NCBI GenBank assembly: GCA_963762115.1
Contig: CAVXJH010000005.1
Coordinates: 1-64,000 of the forward strand
Length of the DNA stretch: 64,000 nucleotides
Direction of reading: 5' to 3'
Source: Candidatus Babeliales bacterium
GTDB taxonomy: Bacteria > Babelota > Babeliae > Babelales > JANWKD01
Of the stretch, positions 51,022 through 62,475 are shown one piece after another. The notes under the pieces are model-generated. The model ran no database searches, was not told where the DNA came from, and saw only the letters and a program-made list of their open reading frames with translations. Both the position numbers and the translations under genes were made by a program. Positions within the stretch are counted from its first letter, which is position 1; the number at the start of each line of letters is the position of its first letter.

Positions 51022-51576
51022 TCAATTCAAAATACAACAACATTTTCTTTTTCTTTTTCTCAACAAGGCCATATCTTCTGAGTCTTGCAACATCGCTGTC
51101 ACACTTCCAACATTTTTGCTCAACTGCTCGTATTTTGCCAACCTCACTTCATCCGAATCGCGCTGCCCAAGTCTTTTGCCATTTTCTACAGGCATATATT
51201 TTCCTCCACACAAAGTGCCAATATTGTGTTCTTCATCTTTGCTCTCTAATCTAAGCTTAAATGCTTCATATGCAAGCTTTAACTGTCCTTCTGGAAATTG
51301 CATTACCACTCTTTTTTTTTGTATATCAAATTTTGCTATTAATTCCCCAGCACGCTTCACCTTAATCGTACCATCGACATATTCCTGTTGTTCTAAAATC
51401 TCTAATGCCTGTTTTTCTAAACCCCGCCAATGTTCAAAAAAAAGCGCATCATCAACATCAACGTTACTTAAAAACATTTTCTTTTTTTCTTCTTTTTCCA
51501 TGCCATACAAAGAGACAAAAATAAATGCATAGAACACACCATTACCAATCACAAAATAATTTTTAATCTTCATCAT
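51022..51576 (-). CDS. Secreted protein with polybasic Cys tail
   Basis: Signal peptide followed by ME; ends RKRKRKCCCILN. Confidence 0.7.
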   Translation of the reverse strand: MMKIKNYFVIGNGVFYAFIFVSLYGMEKEEKKKMFLSNVDVDDALFFEHWRGLEKQALEILEQQEYVDGTIKVKRAGELIAKFDIQKKRVVMQFPEGQLKLAYEAFKLRLESKDEEHNIGTLCGGKYMPVENGKRLGQRDSDEVRLAKYEQLSKNVGSVTAMLQDSEDMALLRKRKRKCCCILN

Positions 51577-51585
51577 TTCTCCTTA

Positions 51586-52041
51586 TTACCAACAAGAAAA
51601 ACAACAGCAACATTTTTTATGTTCCTTTTCTTCTTTATCAATAAAATGATCATTTTCTGTTGCATTGGAACCATCATCAATTTCATCTTCATCAATGGGC
51701 AAAGGTTCCTGCAATAATTCTTTGAACTTTTCATAAGGGTAAACACGTTCAATTCTTTTTTTTTCGTTTTTTGGATCAGGAATTTTAACTGATGCTTGTT
51801 GCCACAAACCATTAAAACTACCCACCGTTAGCTCTTCCTTATTATGCAAACTAACTGAATTTTTTGAAAGTAATGACTGTGCCATATATTCAGCAGCCTT
51901 TTCTTTTTTAGGAATCCATATTCTTTTAACCGCATCATCACATGCTTTTTGATAGGCATCAAAGTCATTCTCCATTGCATATGAAAAAGTAATTAAGCAC
52001 ATGAAGGCAAAAAAATAGATTATCTTTTTTTGTTTTTTCAT
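51586..52041 (-). CDS. Secreted protein with Cys-cluster tail
   Basis: Signal peptide followed by ME; ends KKCCCCFSCW. Confidence 0.7.
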   Translation of the reverse strand: MKKQKKIIYFFAFMCLITFSYAMENDFDAYQKACDDAVKRIWIPKKEKAAEYMAQSLLSKNSVSLHNKEELTVGSFNGLWQQASVKIPDPKNEKKRIERVYPYEKFKELLQEPLPIDEDEIDDGSNATENDHFIDKEEKEHKKCCCCFSCW

Positions 52042-52231
52042 GAGTATGACTCATGTAATAAAGACAACAAAACAACAATAGAAGCACAACTATTATCCAT
52101 AAAAATCTCCCCCTTATGAATCCCCGTTAAAACAGATTTTCTGTTTTTTCTATAAAACTCACTATAGTAAGTTTTATAAGTACAAAGAAAGGTTTTTATG
52201 CATTTTATACATGTTGTGCAAAGAATTTTTT

Positions 52232-53298
52232 TTAAGAAACGATAATATACCAACCATGCTGAAGGAGCGCTTTCACGCGCAAAAATTCTTGCTTAAATTC
52301 ATTATCGAGATGCGATAACCGAACATAAACATCATCACGTAAAATCCAAGGATCAATACCACGACTTTTAGAAGGCAACCACATATCATAGTGTGTTTCA
52401 TCTCCCAATGTCACTTTGAACGTATTTTTTAATCGATGCAATAAAAACTGTATAGTTTTATCTGATGAATTTGAAAGAATATGCCATACATCTTCATCAC
52501 AAGAAAAATGAATAACATGATCAGAAAGAAGACCTATTGATAAGCCATATTTTAACAGTTCTCCGGTATAACGATTAATTAAAAGATCATATGCTGAACC
52601 AAAATGAAATTCTGTTAAATGCAAGGGAATCATCGCCAATTTTTTTGCCAGAGCTACATCGGTGAAAAACCAACGACCATGCGCAAAATGCAAATCAGCA
52701 ACAATAGTTGAAATCTCTTCAGGTTGTAGTAAAAGATCAATCACCGCACCAAACATGTTATAATCTAAACGATCTGCACAAAGTTCCGGCAAATCTTGCT
52801 CTAAAGCCGTAAATTCAGCATTCTTGTGTAAAATATCGGTGATTAAAATGCCATGTTTTTTTAAAATTTCAGGAATTTCCGTTTGCTGCAAAAACCATTC
52901 ATGAATATCATCTTGATAAGAACCAGTCAATGAATGATGATTATACACAATCTCACCAGTATGCGAAAAAACCGTATGAGAAACATCATGCAGCAACCCT
53001 GCTATTTGTTCCAATAATGATGCATTTACCTTACGCAATAAGCATAAAACACCGATTGAATGATCATAACGAGTAAAACGTTTTTTGGTGCCAACAAAAA
53101 ATCTGCACCATATTGATTGATTTTTCTTAATCGTTGCACAGAATGAGATGATAGGAGATCCAATAGAACTGGTTCTGTTATGACAAAGGTGCCATAGATG
53201 GTGCAAAGAACCTGTGATGGCTGATAACAACGCTTGTCATCAACAGAATGCGCTTGATAAGAAACTGAATTTAAATCTATTTTTTTTGGTATAAACAT
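52232..53298 (-). pseudogene. HD-domain phosphohydrolase, frameshifted near 53081-53101
   Basis: QRLRKINQYG in one frame; TRYDHSIGV, LLHDVSHTVFSH, CADRLDY in the next; 6-nt homopolymers at the junction. Confidence 0.8.
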
Positions 53299-53376
53299 TA
53301 TATCTTGTTTTTTCCTTCATTTTGCAAATATTTTTATTAAAAGTAAACAATTTTAATTACATAGGGAGTTTGATCA

Positions 53377-54031
53377 ATGAAATTATTTTTAGACACGGCA
53401 CATCTTGATGACATACGAGCCTGGGCATACATGATTGATGGTGTCACCACCAACCCCTCACATCTTGCAAAAGAAAATAATGATCCCAAAAAACAAGTAT
53501 TAGAAATTTGTTCTGTTATGCATAACAAAGATGTCAGCGTTGAAATCACCTACACAGAACCAACGGCAGTCTATCAACAGGCACTAGCCCTTTCAAAACT
53601 TGCACCTAACATTGTTGTTAAAGTTCCTTGTCATCACGATTATTATCCGGTGATTGCACAATTAGTGCGCGATGGCGTCAAAATCAATGTCACTTTAGTG
53701 TTCACCCTTGTGCAATCACTCTTTATGTGCAAATTCAGGAGTTAGGTATATTTCTCCTTTCATTGGCAGATGGGATGATATTGATATTGATGGCACCAAT
53801 CTTTTATTTGAAATTCGCAGCATGATTGATCAATATAATTATAACACACAAATTCTTGCTGCTTCAATTCGACACATTCGTCACTTACATGAAACAATTC
53901 TTGCTGGCGCTGATGTTGCAACAATACCAGCATCAGTTCTTGAAAAATCATCCAATCATATTTTAACAAAAGAAGGAATGGAACAATTCAACGCCGATTG
54001 GAATAAACTTGGCCATCCATCTTTCCCTTAA
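53377..54031 (+). pseudogene. tal: Transaldolase / fructose-6-phosphate aldolase family, frameshifted near 53736
   Basis: LFLDTA, DGVTTNPS, VVKVP, NVTLVF, then GVRYISPFIGR and ILAASIR in a shifted frame. Confidence 0.85.
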
Positions 54032-54037
54032 ACCATT

Positions 54038-55227
54038 ATGAACAAAAAAATAGTATCAATATTATTTGTAACCAATAACTATACTCCTTATTCTGGTGGC
54101 GTTGTAAGTTCTATTTTTTTACATACAACAGCATTACGCAAACAAGGTCATACCGTCACTATTGCCACACTCGATTTTTTAAATACGCACCACCAACAAC
54201 AAGAGGAGCATGTCATACGTCTTTATTGTCCTATTCGCTGGATTATGAATACAAATCATATGGCAATCCCGTGGCAAGCAACCAAACAACTGGAACATCT
54301 TATAGCAACATTACAACCCACCATTATTCATGTTCACCATCCATTTTTACTCGGCACTGCTGCAAGCCGTGTCGCTCGCAAAAAAGAATACCTCTTGTGT
54401 TCACCTATCACACTCTTTATGAACAATATGTACATTACATACCCTATATTCCTCACCTCATTTCCAAACAAATGGTTACTCACCTAGTAAAAAAATTCTG
54501 TAACAACGTTGATGGTATCATCGCTCCAAGCAGCATTGTTGAAGAACAATTACAACAGTCACAGATTAAAACTAAAACAGCGCGGATACCCAGTGGCGTT
54601 GCAGAGCACTTTTTTTCTGCCATGCCGCGCTTGCCAAAACAACCATCAACAAAAATACAACTGCTCAGCGTCAGTCGATTTGCAAAAGAAAAAAATATTA
54701 CTTTTTTACTCGATGTTGTTGCCGCTCTTAACCCAACACAATTCAACACAACGTTTATTGGCTACGGTCCAGAAAAAAATAATTTAGAACGGTATGCCTT
54801 TCATCACAAAAAAATTTCTCCTCAAGCAGTTCAATTTATCGAAAGACCATCAAAAGAAATACTCTTACATGCTTATTATGCCGCCGATATTTTTATCTTT
54901 GCTTCAAAAAGTGAAACGCAAGGAATTGTTTTGGCCGAAGCTATGTCACAAGGAACACCTGTTGTTGCTGTGCATGGTCCTGGCCAACGTGATCTGATCG
55001 AACAAGGGAAAAATGGCTTTTTAGTGCACACTCAACAAGACATGCAAACGGTTCTTGAATATATACACGCAAATCCCACGCTGCTTGCCTCATTACAGCA
55101 CAATGCTTTTGCAACAGCACAGAACTTTAAACCGGAAATAGTTACGCAGAAATTAATCGACTTTTATTATGACGTTATTAATCATTATTCTACGAGCCCA
55201 AAAAGAAATTTTGAACTTATCTATTAG
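54038..55227 (+). pseudogene. GT4 glycosyltransferase, frameshifted at the A6 run 54380-54385
   Basis: NNYTPYSGGV, HVHHPFLLG, then VFTYHTLY, RFAKEKN, SETQGIVLAEAM. Confidence 0.85.
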
Positions 55228-55299
55228 CATTAAATGAGAAAAATGATAGTATAAAACAGATAATAATTAATTTTATGTTCATAATTTCGAGGTGTAACA

Positions 55300-57574
55300 A
55301 TGATAGTAAGTTTGAGACATAAAACATCACCAATTCTTTTTATAATGATTTTTCTTTTAACAAATACAAACACATCATTATCACTTCATCGCAACCAATT
55401 TAAGAATCGTCGAAATTCATTAGAAATAATGCTACCCAAGATGCAACAAGAAGAATTTAATTCTCGATTACAAGAATTTACACAACAACAAAAAAATGCC
55501 TACCAACAAACTATAGCGCCTCAACCCAAACAAAAATCTTCTATTGAAGTAACGGTGTTACAACCGCAAAAGCAATTTACTCCAGAAATACTTGCATCAA
55601 TTAAAGAAGCAATCAGATTCTGCCCAACTAGAATCCGTTAAAAAAAAATCTTATGCTGATATTCACAATATTCAACAGGGCAAAACAACTAAAAGTATTC
55701 TCTGTAGGCCTTTTGCTGAAGATCAATCAATATATAAACGAGGCAACGTTACAACGTCTGACAACTCTCCACAAAAGAATTCTCCTGAAAAGACAGCATC
55801 TTGTCATGATACTGCGCAAGAAACTGATGAACAAGAAAATGGCAAAGAAAAAGAACAATTTCATAATCTTCAATCTGAACCAATTGACATGACGGCTTCG
55901 ATATTCATTTATCCAATAGAAGTACAAAATGAACCTATAACTGAAATTGTACGAGAATTACCTGAAAAAAAACTTACCAACGATGAAGCAATGCCTTTTT
56001 TATTAACAAACATTACAACGCCTGAAAATTCCCCATTAAATGCTTATCCTGAAAACCTAACCAGCTATTGTGTTGCACGAGATAATGACTCACCAGAAAA
56101 AGGTAAAAGAAAACTTACTGACGATACAATAAATCATTCATCAAAGGATGGTGAAAAAGAAACAGAAGAAAAAAATAATGATAATGAAATTAAGTCATAT
56201 GAAGATTTCTCTTTATGCATAGAAGATTCTTTACAGCCAGATGAACAATTAAGCGCATTATGGCCAGATGAACAAGTAAGCGCATTAGAAAACACTAGCC
56301 CCTGTGGAATAATTGCTGCACAAGAAATTCGTAGCCGCAAAAAATTAGATGTATTAAATATGCATGAAAACCCTCAAGCATCTTATCAAAACTACTTAGC
56401 AACAATACTATTAGGTAAATCTAATACCTTTAAACTTTCAGATTTGTATGAACAAATCAGCCAAAGGGATCAAAAAGACACTTCAGATATTAATGACCAT
56501 GACAAAGAAGAATGGGTTACTCTAAGCAACCTACCAAATCCTAAATTTAAAGAATATGAGTGGAAACCAAAAATAATTAATACTGACAAGAAAGAAAATG
56601 GCATTATCATTTTTTTTCTTATTCATGGAACCTTTAATGATTCAACTGAATATTGTAAAGATAAAGATGCAAAAATGAGCAAGGATTTAATTAATTTCAG
56701 CAGCATGCTTGCTGATACAAATGATTGCGCAGTCAAAATTATTCCTTTTCAATGGTCCGGAGAATTAAGTGTTGAAACTAGAGAAGAGGCCGCTTCAGTG
56801 CTACAACGTTATTTTCTCAGTGATGAAGACTGCATGAATGCACATAAAACAATAGCTTTTAGTCATAGCTATGGCGGTGATGTTCTTTTACAATTTGCAA
56901 ACTTACTCAAACCTCATAATAAAACATTAGATTTAGCTGTTATGGCCGCAACACCATCGGGTGAAGGGACTAAGAAAGAAACAGTTAAAAAACATGCAAG
57001 AATATTAGAATATACCGACCCTGAAGAGTGCTTCAATATTAAAAACATTATTCAATGTTTTTCGCGAGGTGATGTAACGCAAGCTTTAGGATCTCGGCAT
57101 ATGACCGTGGGTATATTTAATCCTCTTGGGACCGCTGAAAGAAGATTGCCTTTTCGCATAAGCAAAGACAGAAATGTCGTAAATTGCCATTTTGAGCATA
57201 ATGGAGAACTTTGTTCACACGTAAGCATCAAATGGCATGCTGCTGCATCAATGCATCTTTTTCTTCCTATGCTCCAAAACCTTTATCCTCATGCGCATGA
57301 TCTGAATATTTCCACCTGTGATGATAACAGGTTACACTTACCAATTATAACCCTCAGAAATAATATTTTCTCACCTGGCTGTGAAACAACAAACCGTCGT
57401 TCATTTCAAGCAAGCATCCTTGGAGAAGAAATGTTTGAAAAACTCTACGAAAGATCGATAGGAACTTATAATACATTGACATTATTTAAATTATTTAAAG
57501 AAGGAACGGACGCAGGATATGATCCCAAAAATCAAGGCCGTGAAGACTTAGCTAAACTATTTGAAAAAAACTAA
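55300..57574 (+). pseudogene. Large secreted protein with C-terminal alpha/beta-hydrolase-like domain, split into two overlapping frames near 55600
   Basis: Signal peptide in 55300-55641; IHGTF, FQWSG, SHSYGG in 55592-57574. Confidence 0.6.
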
Positions 57575-57577
57575 AGA

Positions 57578-57607
57578 GTTGGGCCGTAGAATATTCTACG
57601 GCCCAAC
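57578..57607. terminator. Perfect 30-bp palindrome between convergent genes
   Basis: GTTGGGCCGTAGAATATTCTACGGCCCAAC. Confidence 0.7.
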
Positions 57608-57627
57608 ATTAAAAAATCTCGTTTATG

Positions 57628-58389
57628 TTACTCTTGTGGAATACCATCCAAGTGGATTTGTATTTTTTGAATCTGATTTTCTAAATCTTGAATTTGATCA
57701 GCGCTAGCAGTGCCACTCGCTTCTAAATCTGCTAATTGCGCACTTAAATCATCTAATCGTGTCGTTAACATGTCATAAATTTCATCCCAATTTCCATCTT
57801 GTTGCAACACAACTAATGAATCATCAAATCCTAAACCATAACCATAGTAAGGATAATAACCACCCCAATATTGATTAATAGCAAGGGCTGATAATATTCC
57901 TAAGCCAAGCCACAAGCCACCAAAGCCCCAGCCCCAGCCGCCTCCCCAGCCACCGCCACGGAATGCACCATGACGACCTGCAATACCACGACCGCCATGA
58001 CGTCCACGACCTGCACCGCCACGTCCACGACCTGCATGTCTACCAGCACCGCCACGCCCACGAGCTCCAGCCCTAGTTCCTGCTCTACCTCTAGCGCCTG
58101 TTCTTGTACCCGCTCTTCGAGTTCCTGTCGCTCTTGTTCCCGCTCTTCGAGTTCCTGCTGCTCTAGTTCCAGCTCTTCGGGTTCCTGCGGCTCTTGTACC
58201 TGCACGGCGAGTTCCTGCTGCTCTAGTTCCACCAGCGCGACGGGCACCACCAGCTCTCATGCCACCGCCACGCATGCCACCACCACGCATGCCACCTCCG
58301 CGTCCGCCGCCGCCGCCACCACCACCTCTTCCATCAAGCTGTGGAATCACCAACAGCACCATAAGAATCGATAAAACTATTTTTTTCAT
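57628..58389 (-). CDS. Gly/Arg-rich low-complexity exported protein
   Basis: Signal peptide, RGG tracts, (RRAGTRAAGT)n repeats, GW/YG-rich segment, C-terminal coiled coil. Confidence 0.8.
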   Translation of the reverse strand: MKKIVLSILMVLLVIPQLDGRGGGGGGGGRGGGMRGGGMRGGGMRAGGARRAGGTRAAGTRRAGTRAAGTRRAGTRAAGTRRAGTRATGTRRAGTRTGARGRAGTRAGARGRGGAGRHAGRGRGGAGRGRHGGRGIAGRHGAFRGGGWGGGWGWGFGGLWLGLGILSALAINQYWGGYYPYYGYGLGFDDSLVVLQQDGNWDEIYDMLTTRLDDLSAQLADLEASGTASADQIQDLENQIQKIQIHLDGIPQE

Positions 58390-58552
58390 ACTATTCCCCT
58401 TTATCGTTAAAAAATAACAACACTTATATTTTAATTTTTTTATAGTATAAAAATCAACAATTCATTTCAAGATGTAATTAAATCGCCACACTTTGCCTCG
58501 TATAATACTAGAAATTTCAAAGAAGTATTTATTATTATGAAATAAAAAAAGG

Positions 58553-58906
58553 ATGACTCTCATGAAAAATCTGTTATTCATATTCATAAGCTGCTTACTG
58601 TTTACTATTCGCCTTAAAACAATGTCAGACAGAATTGAATTCATAACACCGTCATATAATGACTGCCATGAGAAACATTATATGCAATACAATTCAAAAG
58701 AATTCATTGATCTATTACTGTCATTACAAAAGCCATGCAATGAATCTAAAGAAAGTGCCAGATTAGGGGTTTTAGTAGATCGTTATATTGAATACCAAAT
58801 AATCAAACTAGACATTGAGCATCAACTTGCAACCCTACAAGCCGAACGACATATTCTTTCAATCCGAGAACGATTTAAACGATATCAAACCAAGCAAAAC
58901 CTCTAA
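58553..58906 (+). CDS. Hypothetical protein
   Basis: Hydrophobic N-terminus; coiled C-terminus. Confidence 0.5.
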   Translation: MTLMKNLLFIFISCLLFTIRLKTMSDRIEFITPSYNDCHEKHYMQYNSKEFIDLLLSLQKPCNESKESARLGVLVDRYIEYQIIKLDIEHQLATLQAERHILSIRERFKRYQTKQNL

Positions 58907-58971
58907 AACACCAAAGGTTTTAATAATTTTTTTATATTTTCAAAATGAAAAAAAAGTGTTATAATAACAGT

Positions 58972-60930
58972 ATGAAAAAACTTTTTAAACTACATTCACC
59001 CTTCATTCCCGCAGGAAGTCAACCTGAAGCTATCAAAAAATTAACAGAAGGAAGACCTGGCATATCAACCCTCCTTGGGGTGACTGGCTCTGGAAAAACG
59101 TTCACCATGGCAAATATAATTGCCAATCAGAATAAACCGGTGCTTATTTTGTCGCCCAACAAGACATTGGCTGCACAGTTATATGAAGAATTCTCCCTAT
59201 TTTTCCCTGAAAATAAGGTTTGTTATTTTGTCAGCTATTATGATTATTATCAACCTGAATCATATATGCCTGCTCAAGATATTTATATTCCAAAAGAAAC
59301 CAAGGTAAATAGTGAAATTGAGCGGTTGCGTGTCGAATCGACAGCATCCCTTATTAATAGAAAAGATACCATTGTAATCGCCTCTGTTTCGTGCATTTAT
59401 TCCCTGGGTAATCCTGATGATTACCGCAATTTAGCATTTGCTCTTACGGTAGGCCAAACAATTAAACGGGTCGATTTAATTAACCAACTTATTTTTATAC
59501 AATACAGAAGAAATGATGTTCAAAGAGACTCGGGGACCTTTGCAGTGATTGGCAACACCATTGAAATCAATTTACCCTATCAAAAAGAAAAATTAAGAAT
59601 TGAACTCTTTGGCGACACTATTGAAAACCTTCAATGGATTGATAAACAAAATAATAATGTGGTCATGAATCTTGATAATACACTGATTTTCCCTGCCAAA
59701 CATTTTGTAACAACACAAGAAAAAAAAGATGCTGCCGTAGAAAGTATCACCAATGAAGTTGAAGCATGGGCACCACAATTACCAAATCCGTTATATCAAG
59801 AACGTATAAAACAGCGCGTTGCACATGATCTTGAAATGCTTCAAGAGGTTGGCTATTGTTCAGGCATTGAAAACTATTCACGTCATTTTGATGGTAGACT
59901 TCCTGGCACAAAACCAGCAAGTTTATTCGATTTTTTTGATAATGACTTCTTACTTTTTATCGATGAATCACATATAGCAATTCCCCAATTAAAAGGAATG
60001 TATGCTGGCGATAGAGCACGCAAAAAAGCATTAATCGAATTTGGATTCAGATTACCTTCAGCCTATGATAATCGCCCCCTACAATTTCATGAAATCGAAA
60101 GCTATTTTAAGGATACCATTTTTGTTTCGGCAACGCCGTCTGAATATGAACTTGAAAAATCAGATCTTATTGTTGAACAAATTATTCGCCCAACAGGGTT
60201 ATTAGATCCGATCTTGGAAACTCATCCGCGCACCAATCAAATGAACCATCTCATTGAACAAATTACCGCAACAACAAAACAAGGTTACCGTTCATTAGTT
60301 ATGGTGCTCACCAAAAAATTAGCAGAAGAATTAGCGCTCTACCTTGAAGAAAAGAAAATTAAAGTTTGTTATTTGCACAGCGAAATTAAAACACCACAAC
60401 GCAGTGAACTCCTACACAAATTACGTGCTGGCGTTTTTGATTGCTTAGTTGGTGTTAACTTACTGCGCGAGGGAATTGATCTTCCAGAGGTTGCCCTTGT
60501 TGCGATTATGGATGCAGATATTGAAAGTTTTTTACGCGATAAACGTTCGTTAATCCAGATTATTGGACGAGCAGCGCGTAATGCTGAATCTCGTGTGTTG
60601 TTATATGGTGATAAAATGACAAAATCATTAAAAGATGCCATGAATGAAACGCAACGCAGACGCACCATGCAAGAAGCATATAATACCGAACATGGCATTA
60701 GTCCCATAAGTGTGAAACGAGAAGTTACCAAAACAATCTCAAACTTCCAAGCGGCTATTGCCTTGGCAGCCAAAAAACGTTCTCCTAAAAAAGAGACGAC
60801 AGAAAAAATATCAATTAATGATCGTATTCAAGAACTTGAAGAAGCAATGGTTAAAGCAGCTGAAGGATTCGATTTTGAAACAGCAATTGCTTTACGAGAA
60901 GAATGGTTTGCCTTAAAAAAAGACAAATAA
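58972..60930 (+). CDS. uvrB: Excinuclease ABC subunit B
   Basis: LLGVTGSGKTFT, FVSYYDYYQPE, IDESH, NLLREGIDLPEV, C-terminal UVR domain. Confidence 0.97.
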   Translation: MKKLFKLHSPFIPAGSQPEAIKKLTEGRPGISTLLGVTGSGKTFTMANIIANQNKPVLILSPNKTLAAQLYEEFSLFFPENKVCYFVSYYDYYQPESYMPAQDIYIPKETKVNSEIERLRVESTASLINRKDTIVIASVSCIYSLGNPDDYRNLAFALTVGQTIKRVDLINQLIFIQYRRNDVQRDSGTFAVIGNTIEINLPYQKEKLRIELFGDTIENLQWIDKQNNNVVMNLDNTLIFPAKHFVTTQEKKDAAVESITNEVEAWAPQLPNPLYQERIKQRVAHDLEMLQEVGYCSGIENYSRHFDGRLPGTKPASLFDFFDNDFLLFIDESHIAIPQLKGMYAGDRARKKALIEFGFRLPSAYDNRPLQFHEIESYFKDTIFVSATPSEYELEKSDLIVEQIIRPTGLLDPILETHPRTNQMNHLIEQITATTKQGYRSLVMVLTKKLAEELALYLEEKKIKVCYLHSEIKTPQRSELLHKLRAGVFDCLVGVNLLREGIDLPEVALVAIMDADIESFLRDKRSLIQIIGRAARNAESRVLLYGDKMTKSLKDAMNETQRRRTMQEAYNTEHGISPISVKREVTKTISNFQAAIALAAKKRSPKKETTEKISINDRIQELEEAMVKAAEGFDFETAIALREEWFALKKDK

Positions 60931-61036
60931 TTTAAACCATGAGTCAACAGGCACCTCTTGTCATATTAATCATTTTGAGCTATTCTAAGAGAAATAAATA
61001 TAATTATATTAATTATTAAAACAGAAGGTGGTCATT

Positions 61037-61405
61037 ATGAAAAAATTACATTATGCATTAGTTATTACAGGAATTTTTTTTCTTGTTTTTTCTCATTCTC
61101 AACTCTTTTGCGTATACGATGATACAGTAGCAGGCAGAGCCGATGCTAGAGCCAAACGAGCACCATTAAACATACCGAAAAATAACACCTTATTTTCACA
61201 AGGCTTTTGGCATGGTTTTATGCCATTTAGATTACTCAGCCCTAGTTCATTCAATGATTTTTACCGTGAAACATTTGGATCAACTAATGGTGACAAAAGT
61301 TACTTAAAAGGATTTGGCGCTGGTCTTGGCAGTGGCCTTGTAACAGTGACTGCAACAACATTAGGCGGCATTTATCTTTACAAAAAATTTGTAGAAAAAA
61401 ATTAA
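61037..61405 (+). CDS. Hypothetical membrane-anchored protein
   Basis: Signal peptide and C-terminal TM segment. Confidence 0.6.
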   Translation: MKKLHYALVITGIFFLVFSHSQLFCVYDDTVAGRADARAKRAPLNIPKNNTLFSQGFWHGFMPFRLLSPSSFNDFYRETFGSTNGDKSYLKGFGAGLGSGLVTVTATTLGGIYLYKKFVEKN

Positions 61406-61447
61406 AAATATAAGAAATTTTATTAAAGATTCAAATACAAGAAAAAA

Positions 61448-61792
61448 CTATATTTTTTCTTGTATTTGAACAAGTTCTAAATTCAAAAAATACGTTAATA
61501 CCGTTCTAATTACCACCAATGCACCCAATATACCAATTTGATAAAAATCTGGATTAGCTATTGTTTTGATGATATCTGCTGCAAGCATAAATTCAACGGC
61601 CAAAACAATACTCTTTCCCAGGGTAAGGCGCATTTGATCATTACTCATTATCGGCATCATACCCAGGATGCCCGTCATATAGCGCCCAATACACCATAAT
61701 GCTCCAGAAGTAATAATAATTACCCCTACAACATCCAAAAATTCAATAAGAAATACAATACCCAAATTTGAAATTATGCTCACCATACTCAC
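61448..61792 (-). CDS. DUF1622 membrane protein
   Basis: RLTLG..I.LAVEFMLAADIIKT, IRTVLTYFL..E. Confidence 0.85.
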   Translation of the reverse strand: MSMVSIISNLGIVFLIEFLDVVGVIIITSGALWCIGRYMTGILGMMPIMSNDQMRLTLGKSIVLAVEFMLAADIIKTIANPDFYQIGILGALVVIRTVLTYFLNLELVQIQEKI

Positions 61793-61926
61793 TCCCTTCT
61801 TTTATGTTACAATAACGATTATTCAAAAGAAAAAGCAATATATTCAAAATACTATCTTATTTTTTATAATATAATAATTTGTATACTATCATTACATTTT
61901 ACTCACTTAATACATAGGATATTTTT

Positions 61927-62451
61927 ATGAAAAAAACACAGATTTTTTTGTTGAGTCTATCATTTTTCTTACTGTCATCAGCAATGGAAGAAAAACCTGG
62001 CTCAAAAAAACCAAAAAAAATTAGCTTTGCGATTGAACCAAAAAAGAAAATTCTCACAAAAGAAGAGCGATTTTCCAGAGAGATGCTCGCACTTAACGCT
62101 AAACAAGCGCAAAGAAAAATTAAAGAATGCACCAAATATGCAAAACGAGCCGTAAAACAAGCACAAAAAACCAAAGACAGGACAACAAAAACAGAAAAAC
62201 TTGATTCAGCTGAAGATTTTTATTGCCAAACCGCTCTCATCTATTTAACTATTTTTGCCTCTGATATGCAAAATATGGATGCTTTTGATAAAGCACAAAA
62301 CATAATGGAAAAAGATGTCTATTCAATAGGAGTAAAACGGCAAGAATATAATATTAGTTTTTACGTACATCCAAATCTGGAATTCACCTGGAAAAAATTC
62401 CGCGAAGCAGAAGACAATTTGCGCATTCAACAAAAAAGAAAAATTTGCTAA
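61927..62451 (+). CDS. Secreted basic protein
   Basis: Signal peptide followed by ME; Lys-rich. Confidence 0.65.
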   Translation: MKKTQIFLLSLSFFLLSSAMEEKPGSKKPKKISFAIEPKKKILTKEERFSREMLALNAKQAQRKIKECTKYAKRAVKQAQKTKDRTTKTEKLDSAEDFYCQTALIYLTIFASDMQNMDAFDKAQNIMEKDVYSIGVKRQEYNISFYVHPNLEFTWKKFREAEDNLRIQQKRKIC

Positions 62452-62475
62452 CATAATTCAAAAAGAGGAGAGCGT

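Noticed and set aside
50987..51532. 181-aa ORF on the + strand
   Set aside because: Antisense shadow of 51022-51576, which has a signal peptide and fits the gene cluster
56234..56288. 27-bp tandem duplication (QPDEQLSAL/WPDEQVSAL)
   Set aside because: Two-copy in-frame slippage in a disordered region; unremarkable
57900..58374. Alternative-frame Ser/Cys/Thr-rich and Glu/Gln-rich ORFs
   Set aside because: By-products of the GC-rich repeats in 57628-58389
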